This document shows, piece by piece, positions 25,384 to 38,324 of a DNA stretch of 64,000 nt (within the stretch, counting starts at the first letter, position 1; the number at the start of each line of letters is the position of its first letter). Where the stretch lies: positions 55,676,001 through 55,740,000 of the forward strand of contig NC_043002.1 in the NCBI RefSeq assembly GCF_006345805.1, written 5' to 3'. The DNA is from Octopus sinensis. Taxonomy: Eukaryota. Position numbers and translations under genes: made by a program. The notes under the pieces are model-generated. The model worked only from the letters and a program-made list of their open reading frames with translations. It made no database searches and was not told the DNA's origin.

Positions 25384-26303
25384 GTGCCACTCTTGTCGAT
25401 ACAGATTTGTCCACGACTGAAAGATCAACGAAAAACGAAGTAGAGCCAGAAAAAACTAACTTGAGCCATTTGTGCCTGAAATATGAAGCTCGTTGCATGC
25501 CGGACGGAATTCGATCGTTTCTCCCCAAAAGCCCTATCATTAAGAAAGTTGATCAGCGCCTGTTGGTGGGACGCAGTAAGAATGCAGACGTTTTCCTCAA
25601 TGATCAATGCATGTCGAGGAATTACATTGAAATATGGGCGGCGAGCAACGACTCCCAAACATACTTTTTGAAGAACGTTAGCCAAAATAAATCTGTTCAA
25701 ATAGACGGCATTTCCCTTCGGTATGGAGAACTGGGAGTACTCAGAGATAAATGCGAATTAGTCCTCGACTACATTACTTTCGCTGTCAGCGTGAAACCAG
25801 GAGATGAAGATGGTGAGTATTATATACTGAGCACAGAGTGCTGTGATGACATCGGCAACAGACACGATATTTATACGATTCGGGGAGATTTACTCCCTAC
25901 TCAAGAGCTGTTCACCGGTTTCACGTTGATCCCAGGTTATCCAATCTCTTGTAAAAGTGGTATGTCATTTAAATTGGTAAACGGAAAGAACCCTATGTCT
26001 ACCAGCCAGAACGGTCAAATTCTTGGCCAATTCCCGTCCATTTCTCCGAAATCTTCATTCGTTCCAAACAACACGGTTAGCGTTGGCTCGTTGACTTCGC
26101 GAGTAGAGTCTAGTCAAGTTTACAACTTTACCACCCCGATTCTGTCTGCGTCGAGTCCAGAGGAACTTTATCATATTCGTCATCCTGAAGAACATTCTAT
26201 GTCTCAGGAAAAAGTTAGGCGTTTTCCTTCTGAAGGATTAGATATTCCAATGAACGAAGGCAAAGGACAAATTGATTATTACAAAAATACTGAACATTAT
26301 TAA
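25384..26303 (+). CDS. TIFA: TIFA-like FHA-domain adaptor protein, large coding exon (start codon lies in an unidentified upstream exon)
   Basis: Open ~306 codons after a strong acceptor (ttttctttttcttcccgttttag, AG 25382-83). FHA motifs VGRS, DQCMSRNY and LKNVSQNKSVQIDG..L.Y align by eye with human TIFA FGRN, DKQVSRVQ and IKNMSKKTNLIVDS..L.Y. A C-terminal PSEGLD fits the TRAF6 motif PxExx(acidic). Stop codon at 26301-03. Confidence 0.8.
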
Positions 26304-26427
26304 AAACAAAACACATTTTAAATGAATTTTTAACAAAAAATTTATTTCAGTTCTTTTCTCTCTCTCTCTCTCTTTCTCTCTTCTCTCTCTCTCTCTCGCC
26401 TTCCTTTTATTTCTCTTTTCCTGTTTA

Positions 26428-26462
<35 letters not shown>

Positions 26463-27074
26463 ACAATCTATATACATATTTATCTATTTAGCTACCTAAC
26501 TACATATTAGCCGATATATCGAACTATCTACCACAATTTCATATTTGTAAATCGCTTTCTTTCAATTTGTATATCTTCCTCTCTATCGTTCTGTATATAT
26601 CGATCTATTTATCTATTGATCCTGTAAAATTTTGAAGAGATTGGGTTCTAAAATAAAATCAACTTTCTGAAGATTTATGTCTGCTCTTGTAATTCCGTTT
26701 ATGTCTTGGATCTTCATCGTCATCATCATCATCATCATCGTTTAACGTCCGCTTTCCATGATGGTATGGGTTGTGAATATTAAATTCAGCCCTAGTACGT
26801 GACTGGTATTTTATTTTCCCCACTCTAAAACGATGAAAGTATCAGAAATTCCGTGAGTCATTTTAACACGTTAAACAAAACACGTGATCATCTTAGATCC
26901 GCAGTCGTCACGTGTGTTATTTTGGCCAATGAGAAACTAATATGCTGAACTTTTTGCGGGCTTATATTAAGCAAGTTGAAAATCTTTTTGCTCACTTGAC
27001 TCATTCGCTTTGGTACAAATTTCACTCTTTCTCGCACCAACAGCCATAGCTACGCATTCTTTCACACTCTATAA

Positions 27075-27208
<134 letters not shown>

Positions 27209-27769
27209 AGTCTCTTCTTTATTACGCTGGCAGTAAATTTTTCTTCAAATTTTAACCTCTGCAGAATAATTTTCACCAGTTTAAAAGCAGATACGTTATC
27301 TATTTTTCCGGCTGACTACTGTCTGATTTCATAGATCTGATTCTACAATACAATAAATTCCATGAACATATAAAAGTTTCTACGCACATTATCCAAACGG
27401 CATTTTGCAAATTCAAAGACGTGCGAACACGCACACGTCTGAATCTCCGTCGGTGACGACGATGAGGGTTCCAGTTGATCCGATCAACAGAACAGCCTTC
27501 TCATGAAATTAACGTGCAAGTGGCTGAGTACTCCACAGACACGCGTACCCTTAACGAAGTTCTCGGGTAGATTCAGTGGGACACAGAATGTGAAATGGCT
27601 ACTTCCTTTGAATTACAACGCATTAACTCACTTTTACCCGTTAAGTGGACTGAGGTAACGTGAAATAAAGTGTCTTGCTCAAGGACGCAGCACACCGCGC
27701 TGGGAATTGAACTCACAACCTTACGATCGTCAGCCAAATACCCTAACCACTAAGTCTTCACTACACACA

Positions 27770-28165
27770 CACAGACGCTTTCACTACACACACACACGCA
27801 CACATGCGTATGCACATGCCTTCACTATACCCGCGCGCGCCTTCACACACACTCCTTCACACACACTCCTTCACTACACACACACACTCCTTCACTACAC
27901 ACACACACTCCATCACTACACACACACACATACACACTCCTTCACTACATATACACACTCCTTCACTACACACACACACACATACCCCTTCACTACACAC
28001 ACACACACACACATACTCCTTCACTACACACACACACATACTACTTCACTACACACATATTCCTTCACTACACACACACACAAACATACTCCTTCACTAC
28101 ACACACACTCCTTCACTACACACACACACACACGCCTTCACTACACGCACACACACACACACATT
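27770..28165. repeat. Minisatellite of ~20-bp units (tccttcactacacacaca..) derived from (CA)n
   Basis: More than 12 variable-length units are visible. Confidence 0.85.
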
Positions 28166-31100
28166 TTTACATTTTCCTTGGTGCCCCGAAAACCAGCAGG
28201 CTGAGAATCTGCCTGGGGTTAAACTAGTAGAAACATTCATCTTCCACTTTGATGTGGCTGCTCGCTTTACTGACTTAAAATAGATTTTCGCAAATATATT
28301 TATATAAACTTTTCAACGGTTGACGTTGTAAATGATATAATATCATTTTCGCTGAGGAATTTTTAATGTTATATTATACACTTGAATTCTGTCCTCCATT
28401 GACTTCTACTCAAAAGCTGTGAGTACAGTACAATTTATAAGTGCATTATTCTTCCAATAAAGGCAGCAAGCTGGCAGAATAGTTAGAATTCAAATGCCTT
28501 ATGGCATGTGTTCTTGCACCTTACTGAGTTCAAAGTCATTGTTTTACCTCATTCCAGGAACGGTAATATGAGGCTCCAATCCAATACTGAGATCGATGTA
28601 ATTGACTCATTACCTCCCATCATAAAGAGCTGCTCTTGTGCCTAATTCAAAAGCCGTTATTCTACCAACAAGATCAGAAAAGACCTTTCTTTTTTTTTTT
28701 TTTTTGTTGTTATTTAGGGGAAAATAGAATTCATACTTTTTCTTATTTTTAGGAATAATCTTTTAATTTCTTACAAGAAGTAACTTCGACTTTTGAACAA
28801 ACTTTCCACGCTTCTGATTTGAGAGTTATGAATAAACCTACCGTTTGAGATCTGAAAACTTTTAGACAGAGAATCTTTTATTAGAATTACAGTTTTCTGA
28901 TTGGGAAACACTGCGTATGTTTATTGTTTCGCCTCGGCGAGAAATACCTCAAACCAACTACAATGCAACAATAACTAACCAAACGGACAGTTGACCAAAT
29001 CAGCAGGACAACAGCTGTGCCACCATCTCTTGCTCCAGGCGGCTCAAAAACTGAGAATATGACAAATATGGAATAACTCTCTCTCAACATTCTTCGAGCA
29101 AAACCAAGAAACACCAAAATCAGTAAGTAATTCCTGACGCACACAAGCAATGTTTATTTTTATTTGAATTGCAGTTAATCATTTCAACGCATTAACTTTT
29201 TTGAAACATGTCTTTTCCTTGTCGACCATCCAACAACAAATTTTCCTTACATTTTCTTTTCTCGAATGTAATCATTGTGGACTCGGTCTTGATTTGTTTT
29301 ACACGCGCACATACACGTTTGCATGAATATAGATGCAATAAACGTGACGACACACGTTTTACAGTTGAATATCAGAACTTTTGCCGTCTACAGTTTTCAC
29401 TTTTACTCTCTGACTTAGCATATATTTAAAGCATGTAGTAGCACGAAAGCAATCCATACTAATATCTATTTTACTTTCCTGCTGACCTAATTGGATGAAA
29501 ACTCACGCAACGTTCATTTTCTACAGACTCACTTGTATGAAAACACATCTTACAGCGCCACTTCCACTGAACATTTGCTTGCCCAAGATGCAGATCTCAT
29601 TTTCAGCTAGTACACACAAACAAGTCTGCCATCCGTAATTATGCACGCCTCTTTAGATTCTCGTTCTCACCGTAACCGACTCCCCATATTTATTTTTTCA
29701 TTCCTTTAAGGTTAGTAATTTCGCATCTTCATTTTGCACCCCTAATGATTAGCCCCTAATGATTGCTGTTTTCCCAGCAATCTAGAAAACAGCTTATGTA
29801 GCAACGTCATTTTAGTTTCACTATTGTTACGTATGTTATTTTGACCAATCAGGAATCTTGGCTCCTGATCAATTGTATGTGTTAACAAAAGAGGTGTTTG
29901 TTTTCTTTAATATTTTGATGACAAGTCCAATTGTAAGAGAAAAAGTGTGACGTTCTCGACAAAACAGACACGTGATGGCCGGCAGAAATGAAAAAAAAAA
30001 CAGTGAATAGGTTAAAAGGTACGGACAGAAAGAGAATGAGAGAAGAAAATCACGATTAATGAGAGACACATGAAGTGAGGAAGAAAGGCCATGAAAGAAT
30101 TTCAACTCCCTGGGGCATAAATACACGCCTATATTTCTTCCAATTTCTCCACCCCCTCCTCCCCGATCCCCGTCATTTACTTCCCCTCAGTTCGTTGCTT
30201 TTTGTTTGTTTTTCTCTATATTCACGTCACTGGTTACCTCACATTTACCGACCTTTCCTTTTACCACTTTAAGCCTTTAGTATTTAAACCGGCGATATCT
30301 GGCCAAATATTTTCTCCCTGCTTAATGTTCAAACTGGACAGATTTAGCCTCTCATGCCTATCCAGCCATGTCATAAAAGAAACAAAAAATCACACCAATA
30401 AAATCTCAAAGCTACAAGATAATGCATGATTAGTTCAAATCAATATGGATGAATATGTATTACATTTGACAGAGTATTCTGAATGCTAAAGAGTTAACTC
30501 ATTCCACACTCCATTTCAATCAACCTGTTACATGACTTACTATATACACTGAGGTTTATATGAGGCAGAGTGGAAGCCAATATTAACCAAATGAGTTGCG
30601 TGTAGTTGGTGGTGGAAACAGAAAGTGTGACATGTCGAAGAAAGCGATGTTGCTTCTACGCCGTCAAATCCGCGACTGGTTTGAAACTGCTGCTTCTCTG
30701 CTGTAGTGAGTTCCTCCTGGTAAGGCAGATCATTGCCGTTTTATTCATACGCCTCCAGCTCTGATTGGCCGGAATCTGCCACAGCACAACTGAACTATGC
30801 CGTGACGTAATAGATCTTTACTGACTCGCTACAAATCCCTCACATCATCCACTTCTTTCTCAGCACTCCTTCTCCATATTCCACCCCTCACTACCAACAT
30901 CATTCATTCAATGTCATTCCTTCCGTATCCTCTTCCTTTCCCAACCATTTTACCTATTTTCTTCTTTCAAGTTTATTGGCCACTACATAATGCTTTTGCT
31001 GAACTATGTTTCACTCATCAAACTTTTCTCCTCTACAAAACAAATATCCACATTTACAAATTCTTTTGGATTTTGTTACTGTTGTCATCAGAACCAGGTC

Positions 31101-31793
31101 AAACCGCTTTCCTTGGGGGTCTTTATTTCTTCTACGATTCTAGGGGCGTCATGGTTGACAATCAAATGACTGGAGAGACCTTTTATCTTTTACTCATTTC
31201 AGTCATCAGACTGTGGCCAGGCTGGAGCACTATCTTGAAGAATTTTAGCCAAACGAATCGACCTCGGTATTTTTTTTAAACTTGGTACTTATTCTATCGA
31301 TCTCTTTTGCCGAACCGCTAGGTTGCGAGGGCTGAAACGCATCAACACCAGTTGTCAAGCAGTGGTGGGGGACAAACACTGACGCGCGCGACCGACCTCT
31401 TTCAGTTTCCGTCTACCGAATTCACTCACAAGAGCTATGGTCAAGGGGAGGCTACAGTAGAAGACACTTGCTTAAAGAGCCACGCAGTGGGACTGAACCC
31501 AGAACTATGCGGTTGGGAAACGAACTTCTTGCCACACAGCCACGCACACATCATTTTAATTAAGTCCTAGCCGCAATTACGTATTTTTAATCAGCTGAGT
31601 AGCTATTTGCAATATCAGTGGATATTTCATTCACTTTTACCTATATGAGAAACGACGAATTCTTGTCTGAGTATGAGGTAGTTATTGTTAGATAATAATG
31701 AAACCTATTCATTCACCCTTCATCCTAAACTAATAAAAAGGCCACCGTGAGTCAATTTCACAACGACACAAAATATAAATAAATATGAGATTA

Positions 31794-32312
31794 CAGTAAT
31801 CCCTCGCCTTATGGCGATTCACCTATCGCGGTTTATTATTTAAGACTAGTTTAAGATGACCCGCTCTACGCGCGGGTGAGGGTGTGGTTGTTACTTTCTG
31901 TTGCTTCCTTTCTGCTTCTTATCGCCACATTCTCCCTCTTTGTTTCTCTCTCTTTTCTCACTTTCCCACTCTCCTACTCTTCCTTTCCTTCGGACTCTCG
32001 CTCGTTTTCACTTAATCTCTATCTTTATCTATCTCTCTCCCATTTATAAAAAATTAGATTTCAGCGCTTAAATTACAAATCCGCTTCAACTTAACCATCT
32101 TAAAAATTAGATTGAAATCGGGCAACAGGTGTCTAATCTTAGAATAACTTAGCTATTCGCCAATCGAGATAGATAAAATAACTTAGCGGTTCACCAAAGG
32201 GATCGATAAAATAACCTAGCGGTGTGCGATTGGAGATCGATAAAAAAATACATCAATTCCTCTGTGTTGTCGCTTTGCATTTATAACAGCCGCGATAGCC
32301 GAGGGATTACTG
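31794..32312. mobile_element. Tc1/mariner(pogo/Tigger)-type MITE
   Basis: TIRs cagtaatccctcg / cgagggattactg with a TA target site on both sides; internal ~35-bp tandem repeats (aaaataacttagcgg..). Confidence 0.85.
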
Positions 32313-32447
32313 TATATATTTATTTTTATTGAAATCTCGCTAAAATTAAAATGATTCTTCTTTTCTTTTAGACAACAAAAAAGTAACAAATATCACCGGA
32401 AATAAATATTCTGAAACAATATTCAATAATAATAACGAACCAAATAT

Positions 32448-32843
32448 CCTTTTCTACTCTAGGCACAAGGCCCGACATTTTGGGGGAGGAGACCAGTTGA
32501 TTAGATCGACCACAGTATGCAGCTGGTACTTATTTAATCGACCCCGAAAGGATGAAAGGCAAAAACGACCTCGGCGGAATTTGAACTCAGAACGTAGCGG
32601 CAGGCGAAATACCTATTTTTTTACTACCCACAAGAGGCTAAACACAGAGAGAGGACAAACAAGGACAAACAAACGGATTAAGTCGATTATATCGACCCCA
32701 GTGCGTAACTGGTACTTAATTTATCGACCCCGAAAGGATGAAAGGCAAAGTCGACCTCGGCGGAATTTGAACTCAGAACGGCAGACGAAATACGGCTACG
32801 CATTTCGCCCGGCGTACAAACGTTTCTGCCAGCTCGCCGCCTT
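32448..32843 (-). mobile_element. Composite family B SINE insertion with a 15-bp target-site duplication
   Basis: taacgaaccaaatat at 32433-32447 and 32844-32858 brackets two fused SINE units. Confidence 0.85.
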
Positions 32844-33349
32844 TAACGAACCAAATATTTCAACAAACAATTAGTGTTGCTAATTAGTCATGAAACAGAG
32901 AGTTAGGTTCATTAGTTTGGCATTCAATGTGTTGAAAAGAAACTATAACTGTTTGCCAATGAACAAGTATGGTCTGTTACAATTTGAATGCCACAAAAAA
33001 TTTTATGTGTTCATGTTTAATCATTTTTTCGAAGAAAATGTTAGAGACTGTATTTATCTTTGTGAAAACATATTTAATTTTTGATTAGATTTTTTTTTCT
33101 TTTCTTTATGGTTTCTTTTTTGCGATGGTCTTGGAACGACTTTTGTTGTAAGAATGATACTTCAAACTTTTCATCCATCCTTCTATTTTTCTCCTCACCC
33201 CCCCCCCACCACCACCACCATTATTCCTAGAAAGTCGTGTGAGTAGAGTCCTCAAGCACCTCCTTCATAGGATCCTATCAGAAGCAACCATCGATTACAC
33301 TTTCCTGATGGGTTCCCATGTAAAACCAACTGAGACTGTAATTATTATC

Positions 33350-33640
33350 AACCATCTCGATCTTGGTCTACTCCTAAGTTTCGTCTTCCGGTTGGTTCGA
33401 GTTGAAGAATCCGTCTTGTGATTCTTTCCAGTAGAATTCTAATCACATGTCCGCAGTACTGAAGCTTTGATCTCCCGATGCGGAGAAGTAACAGGTTGAC
33501 CTGGAGAGATTCCTTCATCTCTAAGCTATGCACCCTTTCGAGTAACGTTGCTCCAGAAATCTTTCGAAGAAAGCCCATTTCGACCGCTTCTATTCGCGAT
33601 TGAACTCTTAATCCAACATTGATGACCATAAGCGTGCGAT
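33350..33640 (-). mobile_element. RTE LINE RT C-terminal fragment
   Basis: Track ORF EAVEMGFLRKISGATLLERV...RSKLQYCGHVIR...RITRRILQLEPTGRR, followed by a frameshifted RPRSRW. Confidence 0.8.
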
Positions 33641-34599
33641 TTGTCAGTTTCCAATGTCAAAAATCCTTATTTGTGACACGACCAGAGTCTTAGCCTTCAT
33701 TATTATTATTATCATTCTCGCTTTTTTACGAATGCTGCACTAATAGAATTCAATACTTCAAATCAGTTGTCAGAGATGTCCATTTCTTATATCAATAAAT
33801 TCTATTATACACCCAGGAAAACTCTATTGGTTAGAGTCACGTGTAACTGGTGACGAGATGCGAGTTGCCGATCATTCAGCTCGTTGTCGGATACTCCTAT
33901 CAATTCACCCACATGTACTCTTGATTTTAATGGTTTTTTAAGGATTCACTTCTGATCGAGGTGAGTCAGTGGTTCACACCATGTCACTGTCGCTGGTAAT
34001 ATTTTCCTAAGACACAGAGAGAGTTACTCACTATTCCACGCAACTATTCCTAGATGCTATCGGAACCATGATATAAGTAGTCACAGTAACAACCAATGGG
34101 TTTATTTGTATTTATCAGTGAATGTTTGTGATCATAAACTTTAACTTTGAACCTGACTAACTACCCACAAGATGTCCTACTATAATTCATTGCTCTGGGT
34201 AGCAGTAGTTCTTTACAGTTGACAAGGGATTTGTCAGTTTACATTGTCGAGTTTCGATTCCTTCCGTAGGCCAAATCTATTTGAAATGGACGAATGTGTT
34301 ATTCAGGTAGAGATTTATACATCATCTGCTTAAACACGACAGAAACCAGAGATTAACATTAATCCTAATAGTGTTTTTGATTCGGACAAGACTTGGGTTT
34401 TTTTGTTTTTTTTTGTAGGGGTTTTGTAATTGTGGAGCTATTGATTACGGAAAATAGCGGTCGGTTAATCTACTTCTGTTCTTACTAGCATGACCAAACT
34501 CATCAACATAATCTATTCTTATCGAACACGTTGAGAGAGCGTGTGTGATTGAAGATTAATTTAAGTGACACATATATTGAACCAATAAACTTATAAGCG

Positions 34600-35140
34600 T
34601 TCATCTAGCAATGTGTGACAAAATATGAAAGAAATTGTTGTATACAGTACTCAGGTGCACTACAGCTAATTAAAAAGCCACCAGGTGTACTGTTGGCGGA
34701 TTTCAGGAAGCATGGAAGTTTTGAAGGATGTAATGTTTCGACAGGTAACAACTGATGCGGATAGTTTATTCTATGCTTCAACAATTCTGAGCGTGAAATA
34801 ATGTTTCCGAAAGTCATGGGTGCTGTGTTATTTTTGATTTTGTGAACATGTCCAAGAGTGTTTGATATATGGAATTCAAAAAGGTTGTTGTTGTTGTTGG
34901 AAAGATGGTGGATAATCTTGTGGGTATCTACCAAATCAGTCGCCAGAAGTCTGAGCTTCAATGTGTCCATGCCCATGAAAGCAAGACGTTCAGTAATGGT
35001 AGATGCCTGACGGCGGGTATTCGTTTTGTTGCACGTTTCTGAACAGTTCCCAGGAGATTTATATGCTGAGCAAGATAGGAGTTCCAGACTGGTGATGCAA
35101 ATTCTAAGTGTGGACGTATCGTTGTCATATAATAAAAGTT
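34600..35140 (-). mobile_element. CR1/L2-clade LINE 3' fragment
   Basis: Translates YMTTIRPHLEFASPVWNSYLAQHINLLGTVQKRATKRIP, then ..LKLRLLATDLVDTHKII, the typical CR1 RT C-terminus. Confidence 0.85.
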
Positions 35141-35312
35141 GACAATTATTTTTATCTTATATTTATTTTGTAAGCATTTTATTAGCATTTTATATTTCTT
35201 TCTTTTCTGGAAACACGCCGCGTGCCGGCTGCTGATGGCTCGAGGACCGACACCAGTCCGCGGACCACAGCTCGATTTCCGTGGGCGATATTACAACTGT
35301 TTCCTGTTTTCT

Positions 35313-35352
<40 letters not shown>

Positions 35353-35631
35353 TGGCCGCAATAAGATGTAATAAACATTTATTACTACCAACCATATGAT
35401 CTTTATTAAGTTTCCCTTCTGTTAGCAGGTCATGGAATACAAGGCATTAATCAAACAACGGGAATTCAAAGGTTAAAAATAAAATGTGACAAATAAAAAA
35501 AAAATATCGTATATACGCATGTGGAAGCTCTCACATACTCTTTCATCTTTCAATGTATCTAATTATCCATCTATCTATCTCTCTTCCTTTCTGTTTGTGT
35601 ACGAGTGTGTATGTGTGTGTGTGTGTGTGTG

Positions 35632-35662
<31 letters not shown>

Positions 35663-35688
35663 TGAGTGTACGTGTGCGCGCGAGCGCG

Positions 35689-35719
<31 letters not shown>

Positions 35720-35729
35720 CAAATTTACA

Positions 35730-35885
35730 TGAAAACAAAAAGACGAAGACGGGTGTATGAACAACAAGCAGGTGTATTAGTTTGGCACTCGGGAAAGAGA
35801 GAAAGTCTTTTACGTTTCGAGCCTACGCTCTTCAACAGAAAGGAATAAGAGAAAATAAAAAGACAGAGAATAAAAAAAACTTGTG
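35730..35885 (-). repeat. Repeat family 4 (also ~19555-19655, ~59255-59700 and inverted ~41340-41585) with an atypical hammerhead-like motif
   Basis: Shared aaaacaaa(a)gacgaagac..gtattagttt..gaaagtcttttacgtttcgagcctacgctcttcaacagaaag. Confidence 0.7.
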
Positions 35886-35975
35886 GATTTATCAAGCATG
35901 GCGATCCAATCGCCGTGTTCGATCGCTAAATCTACATTTTCCTTTTTCTTCTTTTATATGAATATAAACTATATG

Positions 35976-36035
<60 letters not shown>

Positions 36036-36384
36036 CCTATTAATATATATACCCACTTGTCAATGGGATACAGATAAATCTTTTCAGTTCCGTTTGATGT
36101 ATCATTGAATTCAAATTTGGATCAGCCTCCGGTTCGAGAACCATCAGTTTGTTGCGAGAACAGGACAGGATTTTCTATGGATGTCTGTCTGGCAATATGG
36201 CCTGTCCAAAGGAGATTTCTCAACATCAATAGATAGTGCATGGATTGAAAGCCAGCCTTCTTCAACACTTCAAAGTTTGGGATAGGCGTCTTCGTTTCTT
36301 AAGCATACACGCATACATACCTACATACATACGTATGTATGTGTATATATATATACATACATATGATAAAATAAATATATATAC

Positions 36385-36548
36385 GCGTAGGAGTGGCTGT
36401 GTGGTAAGTTGCTTGCTTACGAGCCACATGGTTCCGGGTTCAGTCCCACTGCGTGGCACCTTGGGCAAGTGCCTTCTACTATAGCCTCGGACCAACCAAA
36501 GCCTTGTGAGTGGATTCGGTAGACGGAAACTGAAAGAAGCCCGTCGTA

Positions 36549-36595
<47 letters not shown>

Positions 36596-36830
36596 TTATG
36601 TGTGTGTATGTTTGTGCGTCTGTGTTTGTCCCCCCAACATCGCTTGACAACCGATGCTGATGTGTTTACGTCCCCGTAACTTAGCGGTTCGGTAAAAGGA
36701 GCCCGATAGAATAAGTACTAGGCTTACAATGAATAAGTCCTGGGGTCGATTTGCTCGACTAAAGGCGGTGCTCCAGCATGGCCGCAATCAAATGACTGAA
36801 ACAAGTAAAAGAGTAAAGAGAGAGTAAAGA
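36385..36830 (+). mobile_element. Near full-length tRNA-derived SINE family A (CORE-like ccttgggcaagtg..ttctactatagcc, internal microsatellite, gagtaaaa tail)
   Basis: Box A/B-like head ggagtggctgtgtggtaag..ggttcagtccc. Other copies at ~1-365(-), 1120-1320, 14570-15060, 18010-18330(-), 31170-31545(-), 47510-47930(-), 53615-54060 and 59690-60590. Confidence 0.85.
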
Positions 36831-37407
36831 GTATATATAAATACAGTATATATATATATATATAAGAAAAGAAGAGATATAGAAAGAAAGCAAACCACAC
36901 CTGTTTTTTTTTTTTCTTTTTTTAAGTGGTCACTATCCTTAAACTCATTCCAATACAATGGTAAAGGAAAAAGTAATTAAATAAATGAATGAATGGTGAA
37001 TAGGAAGGTGGATACCCCTTCTCTCTCTCTTTCCCTCTACCCATCTGTCTATCTATCCATCCATCTATCTGCATATCTATCTATCTCCCGATATTTCTAT
37101 CTATCCATCTCCATTGTCTTGGAACCTCACCCAAAAAAAACAAAAACAATGTTCCCTAAACAAAACCCCCCAAAAAATATCTGTTTTATATAAATGAACA
37201 AGTTGTTTGTACATTCACAAAATTGTATTTGACAAGTTCTAGAGAGGAACGAAAGCGCTAATAATAATGAAGAAATAAAAGGATTTTTTTCCAAAATTCT
37301 GACGACTTTTTTCTCAATATTCAAATCTGTACATCACACCAACACTCTATACATACATACATATACATACATACATACATACATACATACATACATACAT
37401 ACATACA

Positions 37408-37438
<31 letters not shown>

Positions 37439-37456
37439 GTGTATATATATATATTA

Positions 37457-37499
<43 letters not shown>

Positions 37500-37539
37500 T
37501 GTGTGTGTGTGTAAAAAAATTTTCCGTAATGAGATAAAA

Positions 37540-37920
37540 AACCAAGGCTGTGTAGATTTTAGATTTTATAAATAGAAGGTCTCACAGCTGTTTCCAGGAT
37601 ATTAATTATATCCCTTCATCGGAGACGGTGTGAGAAGATGGTTAAGCAATAGTTAATTTAGATAAGATACGAAATAGAGAGTGAGGTGGAGGAATGAAAA
37701 TAGATGTGAGATATGCAGGGTTCTAAAATCTACACACTCCTGGGTTTTTTACTTCATTACGGAAAAAAAAATGTTTATATACACACACTGATATATGACC
37801 TATGTTGGACTCCTTATTCGCATAATCACCAAACCTGAAACTTAACTATGGTCTATCCATAGCAATTATTCAGCATTACCTGACATCTTTGGGTCTCACT
37901 GACGCCATTACCTCTCACAA
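37540..37920. repeat. Dispersed ~400-bp repeat, copy 2 (see 560-960)
   Basis: Colinear with 560-960. Confidence 0.75.
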
Positions 37921-37963
37921 CTTCCATATATATATAATATATATATATATATTATATATATAT

Positions 37964-37995
<32 letters not shown>

Positions 37996-38324
37996 ATATA
38001 TATATATTGGAGAATCACTTTGGATGGAAACAATTGCAGTGATTAAAAAGTAACTGTCCACCCGTACCCCTTCATGTTGACTCCAATTTCTTCAATTTTA
38101 TATTCACACACGACAAATGTCCAAACATAAACATGAAAGTATATAATAATGCTAGCGGATAGTATTGTGTAATTCTGGGGGTGGACGAGCTTTATACACC
38201 ACTCTGCCACATTCCTAACGAAATATATCATAACTGTGTACATATATATATATATAATTTCAGTAAAACAATTAAGGTTCAAATGAGTTCCAATGAATTC
38301 ACATGAATGCGGTACTTAACTTAG

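Noticed and set aside
25407-25409. TTG start of the 298-aa ORF
   Set aside because: A strong splice acceptor lies 24 nt upstream and the frame is open from it; the TTG is better read as an internal Leu.
27770-28165. CRISPR-like repeat/spacer appearance (also 13742-13810 and 45813-45890)
   Set aside because: Eukaryotic context, no unique spacers and no cas genes; ordinary tandem repeats.
30690-30730. CCTTACCAGG on the minus strand resembling the U1 snRNA 5' end
   Set aside because: The rest does not match U1; it is simply the complement of a + strand donor site.
36385-36460. tRNA-like heads (here and at other SINEs)
   Set aside because: Box A/B-like motifs are present but there is no full cloverleaf, and they continue into SINE bodies; these are not tRNA genes.
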